A DNA stretch of 62,862 nt, filler included, from Asterionella formosa (lineage: Eukaryota), in NCBI GenBank assembly GCA_002256025.1. It is 6 parts of 6 records of this genome, joined end to end, with 100 filler letters (N's around TTAATTAATTAA, not from the genome) between each part and the next. Parts side by side here need not be neighbours in the genome. Positions count along the whole stretch, not along the records: positions 19,676 to 39,247 come from NKIB01003618.1; positions 39,348 to 40,562 come from NKIB01003621.1; positions 40,663 to 41,877 come from NKIB01003622.1; positions 41,978 to 43,192 come from NKIB01003623.1; positions 43,293 to 62,862 come from NKIB01003624.1; 1 more part is not named here. One strand, given 5' to 3'. The notes below the pieces were generated by a model. It did no database searches. It was not told the DNA's origin and saw only the letters and a program-made list of their open reading frames with translations. Below are positions 32,907 through 45,180 of the stretch, in pieces (the stretch's first letter is position 1; each line of letters opens with the position of its first letter). The position numbers and the translations under genes are program-made.

Positions 32907-35900
32907 ACGACCGTTCTATGAAGCCGTCGTTGAAAACCGGATTCCTGTCGAAGCGGTACTTCAATGTCAACGATGTTGACACACATCTGGGGAACTTTCT
33001 CGAGGTCGACAAAACTTCCACCAAGACCCTCAGCCGAACGTTTGTGGAGAATGTCCTGCAGAAGGTGAGTGAGTTCATTGCTCTGACGGAATACTTTCAT
33101 CGAAACGATGCTCATGGCGGAAGTGATTGTGATTGCAGCACGTTGATCCTCTGCACTCGATGATCAATTCTTCAGCAATGGTCTCACAAACGGCACCTCT
33201 CCTTTGAAACGCATTGTAGTACAAGTGGTACTTTCCTCACAGGGACAAGACGGGAGACGAAGCGCCGAGTCTTGAAAAGGCGTGGGCGTTCTATGAGCAT
33301 TATACGTTGGCGCGGTATTTGGTAGGTGAGGACGGGAAGGCATTGCCAGGGAAGCCTCGCGCTGAACCTGGAGAAGAAAGGCCTTCAGAGTTATACAATC
33401 CGTTCAATACTGAGGAGTCAAATCTCAATGAGTGGGGAACTGGAGTTGCTCTCTACTTTGCTAGTTTGCGAGTCGTGGCGGTTATTCTGCTGGTCACAGG
33501 ATTCATTAATATTGCCAACATTTACTTTTATGCCAGCGACGAATACAGCGGCGGACAAGATGGCGTTAGATTCTCGCTCAAGGGTTCAGCAATCTGTACC
33601 CAAGGTGATTGGGTCGTTTGTACGGACTGTACGGAGGACCAGTGGGAATCCCAAGAAGAAAGCGACCGATTTGGTATTGCAACAGACCCGATTACAGGGG
33701 TAAATACCACTCTAGTTCTGCAAAATGCTTGCAACGGGGCGCAACTGGCGCAAGGAATCGTCAATTGGGTGTCTCTAGTATTCTTGATCATCAGCATGTG
33801 GATTCTTTCGATCTACCAAAGGAAACGCGAAACCCTCTTTGATATTGGAAAGCAAACGGCTACGGACTACTCAGTAGTGGTCAAGAATCCACCACCAGAC
33901 GCCTACGACCCTGACCAATGGAGAGAATTCTTCGCTCCATTTGCTGAGAAACAGGTTACCTGTGTCACAGTTGCACTCAACAATGATGTGCTACTACGCA
34001 AGCTACTCACGCGTCGAGTTTTTCGAAGAAATCTTAGGGCACAGTTACCCAAGAATGTCGACATTGATAATGAAGACGAAGTTCGAGTCGCTGTTGCTCA
34101 AATCAACAGAGAACAAGAAATGGAACCAAAAGGATTCTTCGCACTCGTATGTCATTGTTTTTGCATCTGCCAGATTCTCCACCTTTTCAATCTGTTTTTA
34201 TCAGCGGACTCTCTTGTTGATAAGCTTGTAAAGATAACTGAAGAAATCAAAGAATTACAGATAGCCAAGTACAAAGTTTCCGAAGTATTCATTACCTTTG
34301 AAACAGAGGAAGGACAGCGCAATTGTCTCACTGCCTTTTCTACGAGCAAATTGAATGTTTGGTTCAACAACATCGACGGCGTCGCCCCGAGAACTGTTTT
34401 TGAAGGTAGAGTTCTTAAAGTGTCGCAACCGGAGGAGCCAAATACAATTCGCTGGCTTGATCTACATGTTCCCTTCTGGAAGAAAATTGTCCAACGATTT
34501 ATCAATCTATCTGTGACCCTCGGCCTTGTTGCTGGTTGTGGATATCTCGTATCCAAGGCACGTACCAACATTGGGCCAGGGTTTTCAGCCCCACTTACCA
34601 CGGTTTTTAACAGCTTGATTCCCCTTTTTGTCAAACTTCTTATGTTGATCGAGAACCACGCTGACGAAGGAAGCCGACAGCAATCGCTATACCTCAAGAT
34701 TACACTTTTCCGTTGGTGAGTAGAATGAAGTGCTTGAAGGGCCCTTTTGAGCTTTTGCTCCTACTTGCATCTGTACTCATATCCTTGCACTGTTATTAAG
34801 GGTCAATACAGCAATTTTGACGCAAATTATTACACCTTTCAGCTCGACTGTTAGTTCTGGTGCGAAAGATGTGTTGCCTACGATCAATGCATTGTTGTGG
34901 TCTGAACTGCTCCTTGCCCCTATCTTACGTTTATTAGATGCTCTTGGCAATATAAAGAAGCATATCCTCGGCCCAAGAGCAAAGACACAAGAATCGATGA
35001 ATCTGTCCTTCCAGGGTACTGGATACAACTTAGGAGAGCGCTACACGGTACGTCAACTGGAAAGAATCAAATGTGGCCGACTTCAAGTTTTTTTAACCTC
35101 ACACAACTGGCGACAGGATTTTACAAAAGTACTCTTCCTCTGTTTCTTCTACTCTGCTCTTTTTCCTGCCACCTTTTTCTTTTGTGGCGTTATTCTTTTC
35201 GTTCAGTATTATGTTGACAAGTATTGTCTGCTGCGAATTTGGGCACCAGCGCCACTTATCGGGACTCAGCTTGCTGTCTTTAGCCGTCGATATTTCTTTT
35301 CAGGCGCCCTTTTGACGTTCTCTCTCGTCTCGGCATATGCTTGGGCTCAGTTTCCTTGTAAGTTCACGGAAAATCCGAGTTTTTACTCCTCATTTTTTTT
35401 GGTCTGACATTATATTATAAACCCGTTTGAAGACGACAATCTTTGTCAACCCGCGGAGGGTGATGCCATCTCTGTTAACACTGATTTTACCAATGTCCGT
35501 TTTCTCAATAATACATTTGGTGGTGTTTCGGTCACAAGCACAAGTGTGGTATTTTGCAGTCAGGCTTTCTACACGAAAGCAAATGGCCTCAAATTCCCCG
35601 CGATCCCAGAAGTTATGCAAAGACAAGGGCTTATTTGGATGACAGACAGCCAAGAAACACTTTGTCGTCTGTATGGCTGGTCAAGTCTGGTTATACTCAT
35701 TCTTTTCGTGTTATTGGTATTTGGTGGCAGCCTCATTCGATACGTCTCGGGATTATTCCGAGGAACATATAAGGTACGACTAAATTTTTTTACCTATCCC
35801 ATTTAATGGCTTGATAAAAAGAATGAATTCTAACTTGCATGTCGTTGTTTGCAGCCCGACGGAGAGGATCAACACATTGATTTTAGCAGCGAGGAAATCT

Positions 35901-36208
35901 CCGGTTATGTCCCTCAATTCAAGATAGGGGCCTTTCAATACCCGTTAATCGCGGCGGACATTTCCCATTTTGATTTGTCTTTGATAGATTGGACAGATCC
36001 GAACGAGCCATCGTACAAAAGGCACAACCTAATCTTCGATTTACCTTTCGAAGGTTCGCCGCATCAAAATGTTGATGAAACAAATCCGAGCGGAGGTGGC
36101 GCAAATAATGACAGTATCGACGAAACAGCGGATTCAAAGCGAAAACGACCTATTTTTGCCGTTGCTAAATCTTGGGATGCGTTCAAAGGCGAAGCCAGAA
36201 CGGGATGA
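32907..36208 (+). CDS. OSCA/CSC1/TMEM63-like mechanosensitive channel family protein, multi-exon, 5' part in gap
   Basis: WGTGVALYF, TATDYSVVVKNPP, VFITFETEEG, PEEPNTIRW.DL and YYVDKYCLLR, with many TM segments. Several GT-AG introns (e.g. ~34716-34800, ~35048-35117, ~35358-35431, ~35774-35854). Exact 5' exon structure unresolved. Confidence 0.75.
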
Positions 36209-36342
36209 TGTACTGAATGTTCCCATTTGGCAAACGCGACTTGTTGAGGCCACCTTATGGGGTTTTGTGTTGCATCAGGTCTTCTAAAGTTAGTACATAT
36301 GTTTTATGTTTATTAACTGATCTTATCTTAAGTTTTAGCCAT

Positions 36343-38458
36343 TCATTTTACTTTAGGAGCGGAGGAAAGGAGTTCAAGGTCAACAGTTGCAAATGACACA
36401 TCCGGCCACAATCCACCCCACCTAGCCTTGCGAGCCGCTTGAAATTGCCCAGGAACAACTCGCCTACTGAATCCTTTGCTAACTTTGTGGCGAATGATCC
36501 TACCGTCACCATTTTCGTTTCCTAGGTTACCACCGCAATAGTCAACATAAATAAGACCTTTCCTTTTGATGGGTGCTCTGATGATTCGGCCAAAGGAAGA
36601 TCTGCGCTCGTCCCCCCGAAGCAACTGAAGCCCAAGTTCTGAATCGTCTTTACATTCAAGATACCTTTCTTCCAGATCTTGAGCATCGCTAACGAATCCG
36701 AAATGGCGTTCTTCTTCTACCGCCCTTCTTTGCAGCTTGCGGCCTACTGAGGCAGCTCTTCCTGTCTTGTAAGTGTCCTTTAGTAGGTTGACCACATTGA
36801 CATCAGCGAATGAGTAATGTTCCTTGCCGATTTGTTCGTCAATATGGTCACCTAATATGCGTTTCTGCGCGACGAGGTAGGAAAATTTTTCGCCCCTTCC
36901 TGCTGATCCGGGTATGGTGTGTACGAAGCTGCAAAACGAAGACCCGAAGGCCTGGGTTTCCTTAATGTTGAATTCTTCAACTTCGTCTTCCTCCGTCGTT
37001 TGCACGAATTCCCAACTATCTTCTCCATCATCATTATCATCCTCGTCATTGGCCAAATCTTGCGCTTGCGTTTCATCTTGGACGTCGCTCGTCACGACGC
37101 GACGCTTATTTGTCGATTTGANNNNNNNNNNNNNNNNNNNNNNNNNNNNNNNNNNNNNNNNNNNNNNNNNNNNNNNNNNNNNNNNNNNNNNNNNNNNNNN
37201 NNNNNNNNNNNNNNNNNNNNNNNNNNNNNNNNNNNNNNNNNNNNNNNNNNNNNNNNNNNNNNNNNNNNNNNNNNNNNNNNNNNNNNNNNNNNNNNNNNNN
37301 NNNNNNNNNNNNNNNNNNNNNNNNNNNNNNNNNNNNNNNNNNNNNNNNNNNNNNNNNNNNNNNNNNNNNNNNNNNNNNNNNNNNNNNNNNNNNNNNNNNN
37401 NNNNNNNNNNNNNNNNNNNNNNNNNNNNNNNNNNNNNNNNNNNNNNNNNNNNNNNNNNNNNNNNNNNNNNNNNNNNNNNNNNNNNNNNNNNNNNNNNNNN
37501 NNNNNNNNGTGCATAAAGCAAGATCAAAAGTTCCTCCACCGGAAGAGTCAGATGTGAGACTTTCACCTAGAGTCAGCCTAGCCGAAGGAGTTCTCTCCTT
37601 AACAATATCCTCAATGAGTAGCTTAGCACAATCTCGCATACTCTGAGAGGGATCGATTCCATGAATCCAATCTATTGTACCGAAAGCATCCAATGCAGCA
37701 GCTGATGCGCTTCCACATCCAATGCCAAAATCAATCACTCGTCTAGGCTGGAATCGTTTCGGTCCAAGCAAACTCTTAGTCTCGTTCAGCACTCGCGTGA
37801 TGACAGCATAATTTGGCAGTAGTCGCTGATGCAAGCTTGCCAAGGTAAATTCTGGAGTATAGTAGATTGTTTCTGCTGAGATGTCTTTCTTTAGCTCGTT
37901 CTTGTACGCCAAGGAATCAGTGACTTTGGCCCTAGCGTTCGCTCTGGTTCTCTCGCGTTCCCGACGACCAGCTAACCCAGAATGTGACTCTAAAATCCGT
38001 TGAAATGCCTTCCTCACCTGTTTCCGATTCCTCCCTCCTTTCTCCAAAATCACTTCTTGCGCTAGGAACAAGTGTTCTGGTGGATACTCGCTCGCCGCTC
38101 GCCATTTGGCTCTAGCCGGTTGCTCCAAAAGTGTTCGCCAGGGGAGTTTTCCAGTTTCGTCCTCATCATCGTCGTCGTCGTCGTCTTCGTTATCCTCCTC
38201 GTCGTCGTCTCCTCCATGGTGCTCTTCGTCCATGTAATCCCTCTCCTCCTCCAAGCCAATTTGATTGATTGGAACAGGAATCAACCCCTTACTATCCTTA
38301 GGTAGCTTCCGAGTGTCGGAAGAAAAGCATCGAACCGCACAAGGAAGAAACACGAGGGATCGTGACGATGAGGGAGCTGGCAACAGTACCTTTCTTTTCG
38401 CTGCATGATGCCGCAGTAGTAGCAGAACGTTACTCGATATTCTGTGCAGTCGCAACAT
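36343..38458 (-). CDS. Mitochondrial small-subunit Rsm22/METTL17-like methyltransferase (interrupted by gap 37122-37508)
   Basis: Arg-rich mitochondrial presequence; PNYAV..RVLNE..FQPRRVIDFG.GCGSA (SAM motif I); EKFSYLV; RIIRAPIKRKG..VDYC; ARKARWG.LWP. Confidence 0.85.
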
Positions 38459-38973
38459 CAATTTGCTTCAAGAGGGCCGGAACGAATGTATGGACTAGTA
38501 TAGTATTAGGATGTATGATGGTAAGCATCAGTCCGAGGTATAACGAAAACGATTACCAGTCGTACGCACGTACTGTACCAATCAAGTCGATTTGATTACC
38601 GGTAGAATAACTTGGCTTAAATTTTACGGAAGAGGCAGGCAGGGGAGTGAGGTACCAAGGTGCGTACCATACCGGTACTTGGTACCTGGTAGCTTGGCTG
38701 TAGGAGTACCTGGTACCTGGTACCAGAGTCACCCACCTCCTTGTTAGGTTACAGAGTACTGGTACCTGGTACCTGGTACTGTATCTGATGGCACTCCACT
38801 GGTATGTCAGAGCCATCATACTCTGACGCACGACAGGCACTTGGCCTGGGAGACCTTCTGTACTATACACCAAGCTAGTCAATCAAGTAGTTTTCGTTCG
38901 TATATGTACAAAGAAGTCTAATCCTAATTTAAAATGCAAAGCTTTCTAATGTTTTCAACAACGATGTGGTGTC

Positions 38974-39247
38974 CTAGCCTTTAAAGATCTGACACAGAAA
39001 CAGTCGCCCGTCCTCTCCTTTGCAAGTTCCAACGCCCATTCGCGTGTATCTTCTGTCCAAAATGTTGTTCTTGTCGGCGGTGTGCCTGGCAATCATTCCC
39101 TCGTGAATATCCTTGATGGAGGTACCGACAGCCACATTCTCTCCAATGCGCCGACAAGGGCCAGAAAATTTGAATCGAAGCGCCGTCGGATCCGAATGCT
39201 GCACTTGTCCAGACTTTGCCATGGCTTTTGCATGCTCTTGTGCGATG
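38974..39247 (-). CDS. CAP/SCP domain protein, 3' fragment cut by scaffold end
   Basis: AQEHAKAMA..HS..IGENVAVG..NILD.RYTRMGVG..LFLCQIF is the CAP domain C-terminal half. Confidence 0.75.
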
Positions 39248-39539
39248 NNNNNNNNNNNNNNNNNNNNNNNNNNNNNNNNNNNNNNNNNNNNTTAATTAAT
39301 TAANNNNNNNNNNNNNNNNNNNNNNNNNNNNNNNNNNNNNNNNNNNNAGAACGCCTTTTGTTCTTCGATCGTGTCCATAGTTTGGGTTAGGTTTTGATGG
39401 GAAGAACGCCTTTTGTTCTTCGATCGTGTCCATGGTTTGTACGATCCTATGTATCTGTTGAGTACACACCAATAACCCTTCTTTTTATGTAAATGCCAGT
39501 AAAAACTTGTGTGACCCAATGCTTCATGAGAACTGTGTG

Positions 39540-40562
39540 TGTTGAGAGGGAGAAACGCTTGCAACGGATGCCAGCGGCAGCTACATTAACAAGGAACTGA
39601 GATTCTAAAGTAGTATTTAACTAGCTGTAGAGGGACCAGTACTCACGGGAATTAAGCACTTACAGGAATCTTGGTAGGATATACGGAGTAACCGGTATAT
39701 GGTACCAACACCCCCCTCAAGTGAGAAAATTCCCATGAGACGGGACAATAATATTGCGGAGGCGGAGAAAATGGGCATCATCTTTATGTTCTTTGGTGAA
39801 CAGATCAGCAACATTGGTATCCCCTGGGAGGTGGGTGACAAAGATTTCGGAAAAACGGTGAGCGTCGCGCACAGCCATGTTGCGGATATTAATATGCCGC
39901 ATCTTTTTGTTAGCACAGTTGTGGGACCAGTCCACAGCACCTCGGTTGTCATTCGAAAGAGGGGTGGGGAGAGTTACATCAGGCATGTGGAGGTCACTAA
40001 GGATATGGCGGATGAATTGGGTAACCTTGGTGCCCTCATCTGCAGATTTGATTTCAGATTCGCAGGTACTGCGGCTCACACGAGGTTCACGAATGACATG
40101 CCAGGCAATGGGGCCACCTGTACGTGTACTGATGGAACCAAGAAGGGAGCAACACTCGGCAAGAGAGATGATGTCGGTGGGGTTGGGTTTGGAAGCATCT
40201 TGGGGGCCCCAGTTGGCATCGGTGTAAGTGGTGAGAGTGGGAGTGTCCTTGGGCCAGCCAAAGGTGGTGGAGAGGTATGAGGAAGCAAATTGCGAGGTAA
40301 AGGCAATGCCATGATCGGCAGAGCCAGCCAGGTATCGTAACACATACTTGGCACCTAAAAGGTGAGCAGGGGTGGCATAGGAGTTGTGCTGAGCCAGGAG
40401 AGTGAGGGCCACAGAGACATCAGGACGTGTGCTGACAGCCAGCCAATTGAGAGCCCCAATGAGTGACTGGTATTGTGTAATAATGGCCGCGCGAGCTTTG
40501 GGGGAAAGTTCAGCACCATCAGGCACAATGCGGTCATAGACCAGGCCAGAGCGATAAGGGGT
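39540..40562 (-). mobile_element. Ty1/copia retrotransposon 3' end: RT C-terminus/RNase H (40562-39717), polypurine tract, ~171-bp 3' LTR (39710-39540)
   Basis: YQSLIGALNWL..TRPDV, YTDANWG, SRSTCESEI, DNRGAV, RHINIR and ADLFTK. The stop runs into the PPT GAGGGGGG, then TGTTGG...TCAACA inverted LTR termini. Confidence 0.88.
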
Positions 40563-41990
40563 NNNNNNNNNNNNNNNNNNNNNNNNNNNNNNNNNNNNNN
40601 NNNNNNTTAATTAATTAANNNNNNNNNNNNNNNNNNNNNNNNNNNNNNNNNNNNNNNNNNNNGTTGCATGTTGGTAATGCGACAACAATTCTAACAGCTC
40701 GTTGCATGTGTGGATGTGATTTTAAAATAGAATGTTGATGACTAGATATCATGACAGCCATGAAAATAATCGTTTGATTATGTAGTCGTCTGATTTATTC
40801 TGTTTACCATCCATGCCTAATAGTATAGAGTCATACTTCTTCGTTTTCGGCGCCAATTCAAGCCCAATTGATTGCCCGCTATCATCGATTAACCGCCCTT
40901 GTTCTTATTGCTAGAAAAAACCATTCGAATGCGTTCGTCTATTAATTACCGATTTCAAGTTTTTAAACACTGACGCATTATTGATTGGTGAATTGAATCA
41001 CCAAGAAGCTTTCTGGATTCTCTATCACCGTGTCATGCAAATTTGTCACTGCGGGTCCACCAGTTGTTTCAAGCTGATAAAGCAGGTCGGGTAGTTAAAA
41101 ATTCATACAAATAAAATGATTCTTTGATAGATTTAAGAGATGATTGAACTCGCTCCATAAGCCTATCATTGAGGCTTCATGAGCGACGCAAGGAGTGCAT
41201 GAGCGAAGCTAAACTCATAATGTGCAAGATTATTCAAACTAGCTAGCAGTATGGATAAATCTACTACTAAAAAGACTAAAATGTTAACATCGAAACTCTG
41301 ATTTTGAAATTTTGACGCTGATGAATTGCTACTAGTAGTTATTGAAATGAACAAGGGAATTAGTTTGGTTCAAGCACCAGCCAGCCAAGCGAAGAATGAT
41401 GCCATTGTTGAATGTTGTCAACAATTTTCAACAGAACAAGTAGTACTGACGCTACTTACAGCTAGCTATTCATTTTATTTACATTCTATCATTTGGTTGA
41501 GGTTGAAATGAAGTGATAGTGAGTCGTAATTAACATATTATGTGTATACTATAGTTACAATATTTTTTGTCAACTGCTCCGCCCTGCAATGTATTATCAG
41601 TAATTTCTGTATTAGGTATGGATGGGTGTGGTCCGCCCGAGGTAGAAGTCATTCTCGTGTGTACATTTTGTACCGACCATTTTTAGGTGTCGGTTTGACC
41701 TAAAATTCAGGGTGTGAATAAGAAGTGGGCACACCTGACGTCCATTCTCCTGTTTCGGGCTTACCCTTATCTTCAGATGCTACCTACCGGTACCTAGGAC
41801 GAAGAGTCTAGGGTTTGGGTTTGGGTTAGGGGGACGAAACATAGCTAATGGTAATAAATTAGGGGGACAAAATAATANNNNNNNNNNNNNNNNNNNNNNN
41901 NNNNNNNNNNNNNNNNNNNNNTTAATTAATTAANNNNNNNNNNNNNNNNNNNNNNNNNNNNNNNNNNNNNNNNNNNNTGCTGGTCCTTCT

Positions 41991-42677
41991 TTGGAATTTC
42001 TCAAGTCTGTTGAAAAATCGAATATGAAGTTGCTTGGGATCAACTGCAAGGATCATAAGCAGGTCGAGAAGGGTCCACATCTTACCCTCCAGCGAGATAG
42101 GAACACAGATGAAACTTTAGGTGAAACCTGGTCTATCATCAAGCTCCCACATTCTATCTCCCTTCAGCAGGATCATGTCCAACCTGGTCTGAAAACTGTG
42201 CCTCCAACCAAGCATATCACCAGAGTGATTCAGCATACCACCAGAGTGATTCCGCAAGGCAAAGACGACGAAGATAGTTCCATTCTCTCAGAGGATGTTC
42301 CTTCTTTGGAATTTCTCAAATCTGTTGAAAAATCTGTCAAAAAAATCCAACCTACTGTCCCACCTTTCTTTGCAAAGAATGAAGTTAATGTTGCTCGAAA
42401 AGAAAAAGGTAATACGATGCCCAAAAAAGGCCTTCAAAAATATTCTATTCTCTCGGAGAATGTTTCCATCCCAGGAAAAGTTCTCATCCATGTCCCTGCC
42501 GATGGCGAGAATCTTTTACGTTCTCCATCTACAACCCCATCCTCCTCTGAAACCTCGTCTTCTGCTGTGTCCTCAACTAGTTGTGAAACCTCTACTGGTG
42601 GTGAAAAATCGGATTCCAAGTTAGATGAGGAGGACAAGTCCAAAGTGATTGATTCTGACTATGAATCTGCATTGTGA
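41991..42677 (+). CDS. Low-complexity hypothetical ORF fragment on a 1215-bp contig
   Basis: 228-codon ORF, Ser/Lys-rich, with an internal repeat (PSLEFLKSVEKS twice). 5' end truncated. Function unknown. Confidence 0.3.
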   Translation: MEFLKSVEKSNMKLLGINCKDHKQVEKGPHLTLQRDRNTDETLGETWSIIKLPHSISLQQDHVQPGLKTVPPTKHITRVIQHTTRVIPQGKDDEDSSILSEDVPSLEFLKSVEKSVKKIQPTVPPFFAKNEVNVARKEKGNTMPKKGLQKYSILSENVSIPGKVLIHVPADGENLLRSPSTTPSSSETSSSAVSSTSCETSTGGEKSDSKLDEEDKSKVIDSDYESAL

Positions 42678-44035
42678 GTAAATGAGTGAATGTTTAGCAT
42701 CTCCTAATACCTTACTAATGAATCAAGGAGATTAATGATTTCTATAAAAATTGATAATTATATGTTACCTTACTTCCCTTTTTTGTTGGTTTTGTAGTAA
42801 TATTAATCGTTTCCACATCATCAACTACAAATTTTTTCTTAACATTTCTTTCATAGATTGCCTTATGCAATCGCATCAACCAGCAAATCAAAAATGGAAC
42901 AGGGATGCCCAGGCAGACTGCGGCTTGATTTGAATCACCTTACCTGGAGAGGCTCCTAAATTAGGAACAACAACAGCAGGAGAATGAATGCAATCCACGG
43001 GAACAAACAAAAGTCCTTTGTTTCCATGTCGATCCAATGTGAGATCAGCCCCTAACAGCAACCTTGAGTAGTTGTGCAAAGGTTCTGAGGCATATTTACA
43101 AGAGTGAATAATTGCAAAGACACCGGGGCTTTGATTTCTCAAGGATGATGGTAATCTTGGATCAGTGAAATTGATCGAAGACGGACCCAATCNNNNNNNN
43201 NNNNNNNNNNNNNNNNNNNNNNNNNNNNNNNNNNNNTTAATTAATTAANNNNNNNNNNNNNNNNNNNNNNNNNNNNNNNNNNNNNNNNNNNNGGTGAAAG
43301 CTCCGTTTAGCGATATACATTTACGTTTTACTCGTAAGAAGTCAATGTTTGACTACTCTGACTTAATATTATTTTTTTAACCCTACCTCGAGCTAGGGGT
43401 TCAAATGCAGGAACCTTAACTGGTACTACGTATCAAGAAAAGACGACGCTCTTGTAAACCGCATTTTTTTATCCTGCCTGTGAATCAAGAGTACTACTGT
43501 ACGCATTGACGAACGCGAATAAAAATTCCTGGTACCTGGTACCTGTACTGTTTACCACTCAAGCAATACCACACCAGCGGGAGTCTACGTGTCTACTTAC
43601 TGCTTTAGACATGCATCACACGTTTATTTATGCATACTACACGAAAATAGAGGTATTTTACCGGTACCTGTACAATGTAAATGTTACCGGTAGTAGTCTA
43701 TCGATACGGCACGCACTGGTATCTGGTGCCCGGAGAACAGTACCGGTACTCATTACCTGGTACTACTCAATACTCCAGTACCCGGTACTCCTACCAGGTA
43801 CCTGGTACCTGGTACCACATCGATACAGATGAATATAGGGTTAGGGTTATATCAAATATATCAGAACTCAATAATGAGAGAACTCGACTAACACCTATTG
43901 TATACTTTGATGTCAACTAAGGAAACGAGTTGTATTAGGATTAATTAATAAGCTCATATATTCAACAAATACTACTACTTCTAGTTAGATATTTCACTTT
44001 GAATTCAAAAAGAGTCCAATTAGAACAAAACAAAC

Positions 44036-45180
44036 ATGATACCAATGTATTCAAGGGTTCCTGCCATTCCTTTGATCAAAGATTACTATGTATTGACTAT
44101 GAAGACTAAGACATTCAGAGTTGCTTTAACTGGTGGAAAGTTTGAATCATTTGATCAAGATATGATCGATGGAAGCTCTGTGGAAGCATTGTTGATTGGA
44201 GTGAGTCAATTTGTAACATGCTGGCTGGCTAATACATTTGCCTTTAGCCCTGCAGATACCTTCTTTTCCTACTTTAAAAGGTGTTTGACCGACATTGCCT
44301 CATCAGATTGGTTGAATGTGTAAGTACACCCAGAAGATCAATCCTACGATAGTTTCGATGAAGCGATGGTTTTATGGTTAGATGATCGTTTACCAAACGA
44401 GAGTTTTCAATGTCAATGAAAATGGATGCTACGCTACTTATCTAAACCCTTTTCTGTTTTGGTAATGGATTTCGGAGCTCGCATTAAATTTTGAACAGGC
44501 TACTTCAACTAATGCCTCATCCAGAAGATCAAAACGGATTGTCAAAAGAAGATATGCTGATTATCATCATCCATTCTATGCCCGATGAGTGGCAACAAGA
44601 GTTTGAATTGAACTATGCTAAAAGTTCAGACCAATCAATTCGCTCGGTTCTCGCTTACTTCGAGAGTCAACAATCGTTTAAGGACCAAATCAAGCACCTT
44701 CCCAAGAACAGTTTTCAAACAATCACGCAAAATCGTCTTCGTATTGCTGAAGGCAATCGTGTGAACGAGGATGTCAGTCGTCAATTTTACAACGATAAAT
44801 TTACTCCAAATGGTCGTGGAAGAGCGCGTGCTATTGTCAACGCAGCCGGTCGCAAATGGGATCATCTGGCGACTGTTCGTCATCAAGCTCTACAAGCCAG
44901 TCATATGTACCATGATCATTGTGGCCATTGTCCGGTACATCCCGAAGTTATACATACTTGGGGCAATTGTTTTCAGAATCCTAGTACTCAAGGTGGTCGA
45001 GCAGGTTGCATGATGGCTGGTCGTCATAATGGACGTGGCCGTTCCAGTTTTGGTGGACACCGACATTTTGGTGGTCGTGGAGGTGGCTCACACAGCAATC
45101 CTATGGAAAGCTACCATACTGACACTGCTAACCCCGTGCCAGTTCCACATGCTCGTATGTTAAATGCATGGGTTCATAAT
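44036..45180 (+). pseudogene. Degenerate retrotransposon gag-like sequence
   Basis: SMPDEWQQEF and a C-x2-H-x4-H-x4-C knuckle (CPVHPEVIHTWGNC) followed by an RGG-rich tail. The upstream part is broken by stops (44321-44323, ~44417) and a frameshift. Confidence 0.6.

Noticed and set aside
39348..39433. Duplicated 31-bp sequence as the 5' end of the CAP gene
   Set aside because: It lies on a different contig across an artificial linker; just a small local duplication.
41808..41870. TTAGGG/TTTGGG-like repeats as a telomere
   Set aside because: Only a few degenerate units, not a terminal array.
42888..43190. 100-codon minus-strand fragment, possibly a transposon-associated protein C-terminus
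   Set aside because: Truncated by the contig end, with no diagnostic motif I can support.
43529..43816. CRISPR-like array from repeated palindromic motifs
   Set aside because: Units are 6-12 nt and irregularly spaced, with no unique spacers or cas genes, in a eukaryotic context.
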